A stretch of DNA of 32,000 nucleotides from Pseudomonadota bacterium (GTDB lineage Bacteria; Pseudomonadota; Gammaproteobacteria; Pseudomonadales; Halieaceae). The position numbers and the translations under genes were made by a program. The number at the start of each line of letters is the position of its first letter. Position 1 is the stretch's first letter. The notes beneath the pieces were generated by a model. The model saw only the letters and a list, made by a program, of their open reading frames with translations. It was not told the origin of the DNA and did no database searches. Shown here piece by piece: positions 23,623-32,000 of this stretch. The stretch spans positions 256,817-288,816 of the forward strand of contig JBCBTK010000002.1 in NCBI GenBank assembly GCA_039818725.1. The letters run 5' to 3'.

Positions 23623-25107
23623 TCAGGCGCTGCGCCGCGACGGTTCCGCGAGCACGGTCTTCGCGCGCTTCAGGGGGGTGACTTCCGCTTCCGTGACCGT
23701 CATGTCGGCGCCATGATCATCCACGAGCTGCTGGACCAGCGCCGCGCAGCCGCCACATCCCGTGCTCGCGCAGGTCGCTTTCTTTACCGCGGCCAGACTT
23801 CCACTCCCGGCTTCAATGGCCGCGATGATCTGCGCCTTGCTGACGTTGTGACAACGGCAGACCGCCGCGGACGGTGGCAGCGCATCGAGGCTGATAGCGG
23901 CATCGCCGTTCGGCACGATGAGACCCGCGGGATCCTCCGGCAGTTCGATTTCATGGAGGTAGTACTGCAATAGCGTGTCGTAATCGCTGCAGTCGCCGAC
24001 GAGCGCCGCGCCGAGTAAACGTCGGCCATCGCTGCTGACTACCAGACGCTTGTAGGTCGCCGCCTTACGATCGGCATAGAGCAGCGCCACGCTTCCCTCG
24101 CTGCGTCCGTGAGCATCGCCGATGCCACCGACGTCGACGCCCAGCAGCTTGAGTTTCGTGCTCATGTCGGCTCCGGTGAAACTACCGGAGATACCGGCGA
24201 CATCGCCGGCCACAACCTCGGCCATGCGATAGCCCGGTGCCATGAGTCCGAAGATACGACCCTTGTACAGCGCGCACTCTCCGATAGCGTAGATGCCGGG
24301 ATCGGAGCTTCGGCACTGCTCATCGATCACGATCCCACCGCGCTCCCCGATGTCGAGTCCACTGCTTCGCGCCAGCTCATCCCGGGGACGTATACCGGCG
24401 CTGAACACGACCATATCCGTGCTCAGCTGCTGCCCGTCGTCGAACTCCAGTCGCAGTGTCGTGCTCTCGCCCGCCACGATGCGCTGCGTGTTGCGCCGCG
24501 TGTGCACGCGCACGCCGAGGTCTTCGATCTTCCGGCGTAGCATCGAGGAAGCGCCATCATCGAGCTGCACGCCCATCAAGCCCGGTGCGAACTCGACTAC
24601 GTGTGTTTCCAGTCCAAGGTTTTTTACGGCATTGGCGCACTCGAGTCCGAGAAGGCCTCCCCCCACCACCACGCCGATGCGCGACCGGGCGGCCGTCGCC
24701 CGGATCCGTTCCAGGTCGTCGAGCGTTCGATAGACCATGCACCCCGCCTGGTCGTGGCCGGGGACGGACGGCACAAAGGGATAGGACCCCGTGGCCAGTA
24801 CCAGAATGTCGAACGACAGCTCACGACCAGATTCCGTGACCACGACGCGGCGTTCACGATCGATGGTCACGGCCCGATCTCCCAGGATCAGGTCCACACC
24901 CCAGTCGGCATATTCCTGTGCACTCGAAAGGGCGAGATCTTCGGGATCGGAGCCGGCGAATACCTCGGACAGATGGACGCGGTCATAGGCAATGCGAGAC
25001 TCCTCGCCGACCACCGTGACCACGGCCCCACTGCCCGAGCGCATCAGAGTGGCGACGAAATGGTGCCCGACCATTCCATTGCCGATAACAAGAATCTGCT
25101 CACTCAT
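23623..25107 (-). CDS. FAD/NAD(P)H pyridine-nucleotide-disulfide oxidoreductase with BFD-like [2Fe-2S] domain; likely NAD(P)H electron-donor subunit of nitrate reductase (N-terminal-half-of-NirB-like, Klebsiella NasC analogue)
   Basis: ILVIGNGMVGHHF (FAD GxGxxG), IGVVVGGGLLGLECA (NAD site), IYAIGECA, then CRCHNVSKAQIIAAIEAG ... CASTGCGGC. At 494 aa it is too short to hold the sirohaem/4Fe-4S nitrite reductase half. It ends 6 nt before nasA. Confidence 0.8.
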   Translation of the reverse strand: MSEQILVIGNGMVGHHFVATLMRSGSGAVVTVVGEESRIAYDRVHLSEVFAGSDPEDLALSSAQEYADWGVDLILGDRAVTIDRERRVVVTESGRELSFDILVLATGSYPFVPSVPGHDQAGCMVYRTLDDLERIRATAARSRIGVVVGGGLLGLECANAVKNLGLETHVVEFAPGLMGVQLDDGASSMLRRKIEDLGVRVHTRRNTQRIVAGESTTLRLEFDDGQQLSTDMVVFSAGIRPRDELARSSGLDIGERGGIVIDEQCRSSDPGIYAIGECALYKGRIFGLMAPGYRMAEVVAGDVAGISGSFTGADMSTKLKLLGVDVGGIGDAHGRSEGSVALLYADRKAATYKRLVVSSDGRRLLGAALVGDCSDYDTLLQYYLHEIELPEDPAGLIVPNGDAAISLDALPPSAAVCRCHNVSKAQIIAAIEAGSGSLAAVKKATCASTGCGGCAALVQQLVDDHGADMTVTEAEVTPLKRAKTVLAEPSRRSA

Positions 25108-25161
25108 AGCGTTTTCTTATCTTTGTTTCGGCCCGTTCAAGCGGTTTGTCAGCGCGATTCC

Positions 25162-26115
25162 TCAGGCCGCCCGAGGGCCGAGCTTCGTGACCTTCGCCGT
25201 ATGCACGGATTCAACGGCGGTGAAGACTTCTTCCCCACTTTCTGCCGGTTCTGCCGGATCTGCCGGAGCGGCAATCGCCACGGACTCGTCCTGCTCAGGG
25301 CTTGCTGTGCCGCGGCGGGCACCCGGCGAGCGGTCCACCTCATCGCCGTAGAGGAAGTTCAGGACCTGCTGGCGCAGGTGCACAAACTCGGGGTCTTCCG
25401 CCAGCTCCAGCCGGTCCCGGGGACGCGGAAGATGCACGTCGAGAACGTCTCCGATGGTCGCCGCGGGGCCGTTGCTCATCATCACGATGCGATCGGACAG
25501 CAGTACGGCCTCGTCCACATCGTGGGTAATCAGAATCACCGTGTTGCCCAGATCGGCCTGAATCTGCATCAACGAATCCTGGAGCCTTGCCCGGGTGAGG
25601 GCGTCGAGGGCGCCGAAAGGTTCGTCCATGAGCACCACCTTCGGCTCCATGGCCAGGCAGCGAGCGATGCCCACGCGCTGCTTCATGCCACCGGAGATTT
25701 CGCTGGGCAGTTTCTTTGCGGCATGGGCCATACCCACAAGTTCAAGGTTGTGTTCGATCCATTCGCGGCGCTCGGCGCGGCTCTTGGTCTTTCGGAACAC
25801 CTGGTTTACGGCAAGCGCCACGTTGTCATGCACATTGAGCCACGGCATGAGACTGTGATTTTGAAACACCACGGCGCGGTCCGGTCCGGGTCCGCGGACT
25901 TCCCTTCCCTCAAGGATCACACCGCCCTCGGTCGCGTCGTACAGACCCGCGACGATATTGAGCACCGTGGACTTGCCGCAGCCCGAATGCCCGATGAGGG
26001 ACACGAACTCGCCGCGCTGCATTTTCAGGTTGACGTTCTGCAGTGCGCGGAACGCGCCCCCCTTTTGGGGAAACTCGATGCCAACGCCGGTGATTTCCAG
26101 GTAGTGCTTGCTCAT
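25162..26115 (-). CDS. nrtD: Nitrate/nitrite ABC transporter ATP-binding protein
   Basis: Walker A GHSGCGKST, signature SGGMKQRV and Walker B VVLMDEPFGALD. Operon context is with nrtA and nrtB. It has a ~50-aa acidic/Pro-rich C-terminal tail. Confidence 0.9.
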   Translation of the reverse strand: MSKHYLEITGVGIEFPQKGGAFRALQNVNLKMQRGEFVSLIGHSGCGKSTVLNIVAGLYDATEGGVILEGREVRGPGPDRAVVFQNHSLMPWLNVHDNVALAVNQVFRKTKSRAERREWIEHNLELVGMAHAAKKLPSEISGGMKQRVGIARCLAMEPKVVLMDEPFGALDALTRARLQDSLMQIQADLGNTVILITHDVDEAVLLSDRIVMMSNGPAATIGDVLDVHLPRPRDRLELAEDPEFVHLRQQVLNFLYGDEVDRSPGARRGTASPEQDESVAIAAPADPAEPAESGEEVFTAVESVHTAKVTKLGPRAA

Positions 26116-26145
26116 CTTCGCTTTTCCTTATGTTTTGGCGCGCAC

Positions 26146-27156
26146 TCAGCGCAGTACCGCGTTCTTGTCCCAGCTGATCCTGCGCTGCAGGAACAGCATC
26201 GCGCGGTCGAGCAGATAGCCGACGATACCGATCACCAGCACAGCGACCATGATCCGGCCGAGCGAGTTCGAGCTGCCGTTCTGGAACTCGTCCCATACAA
26301 ACTTTCCGAGTCCCGGGTTCTGGGCGAGCATCTCCGCCGCGATGAGCACCATCCAGCCGGTCGCCAGAGAGAGACGCATGCCGGTGAAGATCATCGGGAC
26401 GGCGGCGGGCAGCACGATCTTGCGCACGTGCACCAGCGGCGGCAGCGTGATCACGCGGCTCACGTTCACCAGATCGCGGTCGATGCCCGCAACGCCGACG
26501 GTGGTGTTGATCAGCGTTGGCCACAGGCAGCACAGGGCGACGGTGAACGCCGAATTCAGGAACGCCTTGTCGAACGCGGGTTCATCGACGACGTAGGTGG
26601 CGCTGACCACCATGGTCACCAACGGCAGCCAGGCCAGCGGCGACACGGGCTTGAAGATCTGGATGATCGGGTTGATCGCCTGGTAGGCGCTCTTGCTGAG
26701 ACCGCAGAGAAGGCCCAGGGGTACGGCGATGAGGTTCGCGAGGATAAAGCCGACGGCCACGGTCTTCAGGCTTGTAAGTACCTGATCAACGAAAGTCGGC
26801 TTGCCGGTGTAGCTGCGCCACTTGATAACGGCGTCGGGGTTCTTCTCCAGTTTCTTCGCGTTGCGCTCTTCCTGGCGTTGGTAGAACGCGCGTTCTTTCT
26901 CGCGGGTCCGCACGTGCTCTTCGCCGAGTCCCTTGACCTGCTCCCAGACCTGCGCGGGCCCGGGAAACTGGCCAAGAGATGTATCGATGCGATTTGCCGC
27001 AAACTGCCAGAGCATCAGGAACAGGACGATCCCGATCATCGGCAGAACCATGCCCTGCGCGACGGCGGCAAAGTCGATGGCCGGCAGCTTGAGCGTGAAT
27101 CGACGTCCCGGCCGTTCGCCCGGGGCACCTCCTGCAAGGACAGCTGTATCGGTCAT
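26146..27156 (-). CDS. nrtB: Nitrate/nitrite ABC transporter permease
   Basis: Multi-TM protein with a BPD-transporter-type loop (LSLATGWMVLIAAEML) and the NrtB-type charged insertion (EKERAFYQRQEERNAKKLEKNPD). It lies between nrtA and nrtD. Confidence 0.9.
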   Translation of the reverse strand: MTDTAVLAGGAPGERPGRRFTLKLPAIDFAAVAQGMVLPMIGIVLFLMLWQFAANRIDTSLGQFPGPAQVWEQVKGLGEEHVRTREKERAFYQRQEERNAKKLEKNPDAVIKWRSYTGKPTFVDQVLTSLKTVAVGFILANLIAVPLGLLCGLSKSAYQAINPIIQIFKPVSPLAWLPLVTMVVSATYVVDEPAFDKAFLNSAFTVALCCLWPTLINTTVGVAGIDRDLVNVSRVITLPPLVHVRKIVLPAAVPMIFTGMRLSLATGWMVLIAAEMLAQNPGLGKFVWDEFQNGSSNSLGRIMVAVLVIGIVGYLLDRAMLFLQRRISWDKNAVLR

Positions 27157-27214
27157 AACCGGAACCTCGGATCGAGAGAGTTGCTAGGGCCTGTTTGCGC
27201 TACCTGCGGTGAAC

Positions 27215-28657
27215 CTAGAGAACGTCCGCCTTGAGTCCAATGGCGAACTTGTCCAGGTAGGCATTGGGCCGGGTGCCGTCGTAGGCGACGCCGTCAATAA
27301 ACTCCTTCTGTTCCGGGCGGTAGCCGCTCTCAGAGGAGAAGTCGGGGAAGTCCGTCGGCTCCATCAGTCCCTCGGCGATGAGTTCCTGAGCGGCAGCCGC
27401 GTAGATATCCGGGCGATAGACGCTCGCCGCCGTTTCCTTGTACCAGTCGTCGGACTTGGGTTCGGATATCTGGCCCCAGCGGCGCATCTGCGTCAGATAC
27501 CAGACGGCGTCAGAGTAGTAGGGGTAGGTCGCGTAGTAGCGGAAAAACACGTTGAAGTCCGGCACCTGACGCTTGTCACCCTTCTCGTACTCGAAGGTGC
27601 CTGTCATGGAATTGGCGATCACATCGTAGTCGGCGCCGACGTACTCGGAGCGCGCCAGTATCTCCACCGCTTCGGGACGGTTGGCATTGTCGTTCTCGTC
27701 CAGCCACTGCGCGGCGCGCAGCAGTGCCTTGACGATGCGCACCGTGGTGTTCGGGTACTGCTCCGTGAACTCCTTGGTGAGGCCAAAGACCTTTTCCGGG
27801 TTGTTCTTCCAGATTTCGTAGTCGGTGATCACAGGAACGCCAATGCCCTTGAACACGGCCTGCTGGTTCCAGGGCTCGCCGACGCAGTAGCCATAGATCG
27901 TTCCCGCTTCCAGCGTGGCCGGCATCTGTGGCGGCGGGGTGACGGAAAGCAGGGCGTCGGCCTGGAGCTGGCCCGACGTATCACCCTTGTGCGGCGCGTA
28001 GTAGCCCGGGTGGATGCCACCGGCGGCCAGCCAGTAGCGCAGCTCATAGTTGTGCGTGGACACCGGGAATACCATGCCCATGTTGAAGGGCTTACCCTCG
28101 TCGCGGTACTCGTCGACGATGGGTTTCAGCGCATCGGCCTTGATCGGGTGGACGGGCCTGCCGTCCTCCATGGGAATGTTTTCCTTCATCGCATCCCAGA
28201 CTTCCGTGGACACGGTGATGCCATTGCCATTGAGGTCCATGGAAAAGGGCGTAACGATGTGGGCCTTGGTGCCGAAGCCGATGGTCGCGGCGAGGGGCTG
28301 GCCGGCCAGCATGTGCGCGCCGTCGAGCTGCCCGTCGATGACGCCGTCGAGAAGCACCTTCCAGTTGGCCTGGGCCTCCAGCGTCACGTAGAGACCTTCG
28401 TCCTCGAAGTATCCGTTTTCGTAGGCCACGGCGAGGGGCGCCATGTCGGTCAGCTTGATGAAGCCGAACTTGAGTTCGTCGCGTTCGGGCTCTCCCAGTT
28501 CTGCCTGCACCGCACCCGCCAGGATCAGGCCGCAGGCCGCGAAGCCGCGCGTTAATCGGCGTAGCCAGGATGCGCCGGGCCAAATGCCTTCAGCGAACGG
28601 TGCCTCTGCGATCGATGCTTTCGCATGCGACGGTGTGGTGCTTTGAACTGGGTGCAT
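27215..28657 (-). CDS. nrtA: Nitrate/nitrite ABC transporter periplasmic substrate-binding protein (NrtA/CmpA family)
   Basis: [38 protein letters not shown] and LNGNGITVS. The signal segment has an RR pair ([23 protein letters not shown]). A strong SD (GGGGGAG) lies 5 nt upstream of the ATG. Confidence 0.9.
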   Translation of the reverse strand: MHPVQSTTPSHAKASIAEAPFAEGIWPGASWLRRLTRGFAACGLILAGAVQAELGEPERDELKFGFIKLTDMAPLAVAYENGYFEDEGLYVTLEAQANWKVLLDGVIDGQLDGAHMLAGQPLAATIGFGTKAHIVTPFSMDLNGNGITVSTEVWDAMKENIPMEDGRPVHPIKADALKPIVDEYRDEGKPFNMGMVFPVSTHNYELRYWLAAGGIHPGYYAPHKGDTSGQLQADALLSVTPPPQMPATLEAGTIYGYCVGEPWNQQAVFKGIGVPVITDYEIWKNNPEKVFGLTKEFTEQYPNTTVRIVKALLRAAQWLDENDNANRPEAVEILARSEYVGADYDVIANSMTGTFEYEKGDKRQVPDFNVFFRYYATYPYYSDAVWYLTQMRRWGQISEPKSDDWYKETAASVYRPDIYAAAAQELIAEGLMEPTDFPDFSSESGYRPEQKEFIDGVAYDGTRPNAYLDKFAIGLKADVL

Positions 28658-29018
28658 TGCTCCCCCTATCTACTGGATATTCCGACGCCTCCCCGCTCGC
28701 GCAGCGCGCGTTATCGGGTAAGGCTTCATTGCCAGGGGGGAGACGAATTTGACGTGGTCTGGCACAAGGCCGACTGCCTTAGCCTATTCAAGCGCCGTGC
28801 TCGCCGGCACTTATTCATGCAAAAACAACACTTTAGCTGTGGTCTCTGGGGCCTGACGGACCGAAGCGATTCCGCGACGGCGGCATTTCTGCACCCTCGC
28901 CGGGCACCGTTTTCCCGATTCGGTCCCGCTTTGGTGCACCGATGAAGGATCTGTTCCGACGCGATCGGTCACATGCCCGTGGCGCTCTACCGATTGCTCC
29001 CAACAGCTGCTAACGGCG
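28658..29018 (-). promoter_or_regulatory. 361-nt nasS-nrtA intergenic region: expected promoter plus regulatory leader of the nrtABD-nasA transcription unit
   Basis: The gap is unusually long for genes on the same strand and lies directly downstream of the nasT-nasS regulator pair. It contains NtrC-half-site-like hexamers, a GG-N10-GC element, and C-rich/G-rich complementary tracts around the SD (see findings). No element is experimentally anchored. Confidence 0.5.
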
Positions 29019-30212
29019 CTAGAGAGCGGCGGCGAGGAGCCGATCGGGGCCCAGTTCAATTCCCGGAGCCAGGGACCACACGTCGTCGTGGCAATCGTCC
29101 TGCTTGTAGTCGCTGTCCGGGGCGGGCTCATTGAGCCAGCGCGCCGCCTCGCGGTAGAGATCGGTGCGGAAGCACTGCTGAATGAGCGAGCCGACCTGCT
29201 CGCGACTGAACTCGCGTCCGAGCTGCGAACCCATGTGCTTCATGAGCCGGTCCGCACCGGAGCGCCAGGGAAAGCCCGCAAGATAGCGACTGAACACGTG
29301 AAAATCCGGCATGGAAACGGGCGCCTCCCCCTTGCGGAACACGAACTCGCCCGTGAGCGAGGGACGCAGGCGAATCTCCGGAAGATCCAGGTATTGAGGT
29401 GCCTGCAGCATTTCCACCACGGCCTCGCGATTGTTCTGCGCCGCCAGCCAGCGACTCGCCTCCATCAACGCCAGGCGCAGGCGAAGATGGGTGGCGGGGT
29501 GGCGCTCGTGCCAGGCTTCGGTTACACCCAGCACCTTCTCCGGAGCGTTGTTCCAGATTTGATATCCCGTGGCCTGCACGGCGCCGATGCCCAGCTGCAC
29601 CGCGACGGTATTCCAGGGTTCGCCCACACAGAAGCCATCGATCACTCCGCGCGCGAGGCTGTCCACCATCTGCTGTGGAGGCAGCACGATAATGCGTACA
29701 TCGCGGTCCGGATCGACACCGCCTGCGCGCATCCAGCGGCGCAGCTGGAAGGAGTGGCAGGAGAAGCTGTGGGCGGCGGCGAAGGTCAGCTCGGCGCCGC
29801 CACCGCGGGCATCAAGGCAGCGCCGCAGAGCCAGGGCGCTGCTCGCAGCGCTGTTTACCGGATCCGACCCATGCTCGCGCAGCAGGGCATCGAGGCTCGA
29901 GGAAACCGTGATGGCATTGCCATTGAGGCTCAGCGTAAGACCGGTAACGATCGGCGCGCGCAGCCCGCCGAGGCCGAGAGTTGTAGACAGAGGCAGCGGC
30001 GCGAGCATCTGCGCGGCCTGAAGGTCGCCCATCACGAGTTTGTCGCGCACGTTCGCCCAGGAAACCTCCCGCTGCAGCTGCACCTTGAGCCCGAAACGTT
30101 CATAGAGGCCGAGTTCGTAGGCCGCTATCACGGGCACGCTGTCCGAAAGACGCAGGTAGCCGAGGCGCAGCTCCGGATTTTCGGCGGGGGGCAGGCTGGT
30201 TGGATCGGTCAT
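29019..30212 (-). CDS. nasS: NrtA-like cytoplasmic nitrate/nitrite sensor, partner of NasT
   Basis: The track ORF is trimmed to the ATG at 30212, which overlaps the nasT TGA (ATGA at 30209-30212). The NrtA-like fold (LRLGYLRLSDSVPVIAAYELGLYERFGL, LNGNAITVS) has no signal peptide. It lies immediately downstream of an ANTAR regulator. Confidence 0.8.
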   Translation of the reverse strand: MTDPTSLPPAENPELRLGYLRLSDSVPVIAAYELGLYERFGLKVQLQREVSWANVRDKLVMGDLQAAQMLAPLPLSTTLGLGGLRAPIVTGLTLSLNGNAITVSSSLDALLREHGSDPVNSAASSALALRRCLDARGGGAELTFAAAHSFSCHSFQLRRWMRAGGVDPDRDVRIIVLPPQQMVDSLARGVIDGFCVGEPWNTVAVQLGIGAVQATGYQIWNNAPEKVLGVTEAWHERHPATHLRLRLALMEASRWLAAQNNREAVVEMLQAPQYLDLPEIRLRPSLTGEFVFRKGEAPVSMPDFHVFSRYLAGFPWRSGADRLMKHMGSQLGREFSREQVGSLIQQCFRTDLYREAARWLNEPAPDSDYKQDDCHDDVWSLAPGIELGPDRLLAAAL

Positions 30213-30829
30213 GAACGGCCTCCCTGGCCGCGATTGAGAATGGCGAGAACGTCGCGCGCCGCCGCGCCGATGGAGCACTGGCGATCCATGGCGAGCTTGC
30301 GCAGCGCGGCGTAGGCTTCGTCCTCACTCACGCGCCGGGCCTGCATGATCAGACCCTTGGCCTGGTCTATAACCTTACGGTCACTGAGCTTCTGGCGCAT
30401 CTGGTCAAGCTCCGTGCGCATTTCGCGGTAGGTGGCGAAGTGCGTGCCGGCAACGGCGATGGCGGTGCGCGCTCGCTCGGCGTTGATCCCCTCGGCCTGG
30501 TAGGCGGTCACGCCTGAGCGGATCGCATCCGCGACGAACTCCTGGTCATCGGCCTCCGAGAACATCACCACAGGACGGGGATTGTGCTGCGAGGCGATAG
30601 CCAGACTTTCCAGTACATCGCGATCGGGCGAATCGAGAGCGATGAGAACAACATCCGGAACCAGCGTCGTCATCTGATGCAGCAAACCGCTTGCGGTGGG
30701 GATGGCGGCAAGCACTTCGAAGCCGCTCTCCAGAAGTCCGCGCTCCACGAGGGCGGCGCGCTCCTCGTCGTCGTCGATAATGAGAAGACGCAGTTCCGAG
30801 CTGGCTTCAGCGGTCACGATGCGCCGCAC
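30209..30829 (-). CDS. nasT: REC-ANTAR response regulator (nitrate-responsive transcription antiterminator)
   Basis: Receiver LRLLIIDDDEERA ... DVVLIALDSPDRD. ANTAR domain KLSDRKVIDQAKGLIMQARRVSEDEAYAALRKLAMDRQCSIGAAARDVL. GTG start; the exact start is uncertain. Confidence 0.9.
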   Translation of the reverse strand: MRRIVTAEASSELRLLIIDDDEERAALVERGLLESGFEVLAAIPTASGLLHQMTTLVPDVVLIALDSPDRDVLESLAIASQHNPRPVVMFSEADDQEFVADAIRSGVTAYQAEGINAERARTAIAVAGTHFATYREMRTELDQMRQKLSDRKVIDQAKGLIMQARRVSEDEAYAALRKLAMDRQCSIGAAARDVLAILNRGQGGRS

Positions 30830-31029
30830 CGCGCAGGCTGCCCTTCCAAGACGACCGTTCCCGGGGTACTGAGAAAATCTTCCCCACCAGCGGCTGCGTA
30901 GGCTTCAGGCATAAGGAGCGACCGCTGGCATCGACCGCGCGCAGCGCTGATTGGAAGGCTCTGAGTGAGAATAAGCACGATGCTAGCGTATACAAATTTC
31001 ACGCCAACCCGGCGCCGGAGGCCGCGACT

Positions 31030-32000
31030 ATGCAGCAAAGAACGAAAAGTAAGCGATTGGCGCCCAGGCCGTTGGTCTTCTTCCTGTTCATTGTCGCCCC
31101 CGTCTGGGTAAACGCGGGCGATGCGGCCATTTCGATTCCCGAACCCCTGGCCGCCAACGCGGCGGAAGCGGTCCTGCGTGATGGAGGCAACGCCGTCGAT
31201 GCCGCCGTGGCGACGGCCTTTGTGCTCGCCGTAACGTTTCCGGAAGCCGGCAACATCGGCGGCGGCGGTTTCATGACTCTGTTTTTTGAAGGCGAGAGCC
31301 GCTTCCTCGACTATCGTGAGACGGCGCCGGGCGCGGCGACGAGGGACATGTATCTCGATGAGCGCGGCGTCGCTGTATCCGATGCCAGCCTGATCGGTCA
31401 TCGAGCAAGCGGCGTACCCGGCACCGTCGCCGGGCTCTGGGAAGTACACAGTCGCTATGGCCGCCTCCCATGGAAGCGACTTGTCGCTCCGGCGATCGAA
31501 CTCGCGACGACGGGTTACCGCATACCGCTGTGGATGAGTGATCTCATCGCCGAGTCGCAAGACGAGTACGCCGGACGCACCAACTTCGCAAACTACTACG
31601 GTGATCTTCAAGCGGAGACGCAGTTCACGCAGCCCGACCTCGCCGCCACCCTGGAACGAATCGCCACGACGGGTGCCGATGGGTTCTACCGCGGTGAAAC
31701 GGCTCGCCTCCTCCTCGCGGAAATGGAGCGCGGAGACGGATTGATCAGCGCGCAAGACCTGGAAAGCTACCGTCCGCGATGGCGCGAACCGCTGAGCGCC
31801 GAGTGGCGCGGCTTCGAAGTCGTGACGGCACCACCGCCGAGTTCCGGCGGTCTTGCGATTCTCCAGTACCTGCGGATCAAGGACATGCTCGGGCGCGAGT
31901 TCAACGAGATCGCGCACAACTCCGTGCGTTACGTACACCTGAAAGCCGAGATCGAGAAACGTATCTTTGCCGACCGGGCGGAACATATGGGAGATCCGGA
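31030..32000 (+). CDS. ggt: Gamma-glutamyltransferase, N-terminal ~323 codons; runs off the window edge
   Basis: Absent from the ORF track (open-ended). Hand translation from ATG 31030 gives MQQRTKSKRLAPRPLVFFLFIVAPVWVNAGDAAIS ... LRDGGNAVDAAVATAFVLAVTFPEAGNIGGGGFMTLFF ... VTAPPPSSGGLAILQYL. These are canonical GGT motifs preceded by a signal peptide. Confidence 0.9.
   Translation, partial: MQQRTKSKRLAPRPLVFFLFIVAPVWVNAGDAAISIPEPLAANAAEAVLRDGGNAVDAAVATAFVLAVTFPEAGNIGGGGFMTLFFEGESRFLDYRETAPGAATRDMYLDERGVAVSDASLIGHRASGVPGTVAGLWEVHSRYGRLPWKRLVAPAIELATTGYRIPLWMSDLIAESQDEYAGRTNFANYYGDLQAETQFTQPDLAATLERIATTGADGFYRGETARLLLAEMERGDGLISAQDLESYRPRWREPLSAEWRGFEVVTAPPPSSGGLAILQYLRIKDMLGREFNEIAHNSVRYVHLKAEIEKRIFADRAEHMGDP

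Noticed and set aside
24601-27234. 877-aa plus-strand ORF spanning 2.6 kb
   Set aside because: It runs antisense across three well-supported genes (the FAD oxidoreductase, nrtD and nrtB) and their intergenic gaps. The sequence is His/Arg/Gly/Asp-rich low-complexity with no domain signature. It is an artefact of stop-poor antisense frames in GC-rich coding DNA.
30830-31029. Sigma-54-like elements in the nasT/ggt divergent region (TGGCAT-N5-gcGC on plus at about 30926; TTGGAAG...CTGC on minus)
   Set aside because: The plus-strand element lacks the TTGC of the -12 box apart from the GC. The minus-strand element has GG-GC spacing off by one, and sigma-54 does not tolerate that. Chance matches are expected in GC-rich DNA.
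30814-31986. 390-aa minus-strand ORF, the longest ORF listed in the last kilobase of the window
   Set aside because: It is antisense to an unmistakable gamma-glutamyltransferase reading frame on the plus strand (GNAVDAAVA ... GIGGGGFM-type motif, PPPSSGG). Its own product is Arg/Gly/Ala-rich with no motif. This is a typical high-GC shadow ORF.
1-32000. Search for CRISPR arrays, IS elements or transposases, integrases, tRNA/rRNA genes, toxin-antitoxin or classic defence-system genes
   Set aside because: No regularly spaced repeat array longer than the 12-24-bp tandem repeats listed. No DDE, tyrosine-recombinase or serine-recombinase motifs appear in any listed ORF. No cloverleaf-like or rRNA-like segments stood out in the intergenic regions. 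By-eye tRNA and sRNA detection is weak and should be repeated with tRNAscan or Infernal.

Overview
High-GC, proteobacterial-type chromosomal window. I see no rRNA, tRNA, CRISPR array, transposase or integrase. It falls into three blocks. (1) 1-11.0 kb is a mosaic, lower-GC surface-polysaccharide (O-antigen or capsule-like) cluster. It holds four GT2/GT-A glycosyltransferases, one GT4, a CDP-sugar set (rfbF cytidylyltransferase, Zn-ribbon NDP-hexose C-methyltransferase, SDR epimerase/dehydratase, RmlC-like 3,5-epimerase), a PIG-L deacetylase and a DUF4910 aminopeptidase-like protein. No Wzx/Wzy/ABC export gene lies in the window. This block also has short-repeat oddities: a repeat-encoded 43-codon uORF in frame with a GT2, 12-bp coding repeats, and a T9 tract in codons 4-7 of rfbF. 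(2) 11.4-20.7 kb holds a small membrane protein plus an outer-membrane barrel and a btaA-btaB-like betaine-lipid pair. It also holds a REC-PP2C-STAS fusion protein converging on a 1030-aa YfiR-domain hybrid histidine kinase with its own Hpt, and a DUF1353 membrane protein. (3) 20.9-30.8 kb, all on the minus strand, is a nitrate-assimilation cluster: nasT, nasS, a 361-nt leader, nrtA, nrtB, nrtD, an FAD/NADH diaphorase and nasA, with no sirohaem nitrite reductase. A divergent, edge-truncated ggt follows. Most long ORFs antisense to these genes are GC-driven shadow ORFs. The least-explained items are the compressed phosphorelay/partner-switching pair (14.7-19.7 kb) and the repeat/contingency features with the DUF4910 gene in the glycan cluster. 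All family assignments come from motif recognition by eye, not from searches.
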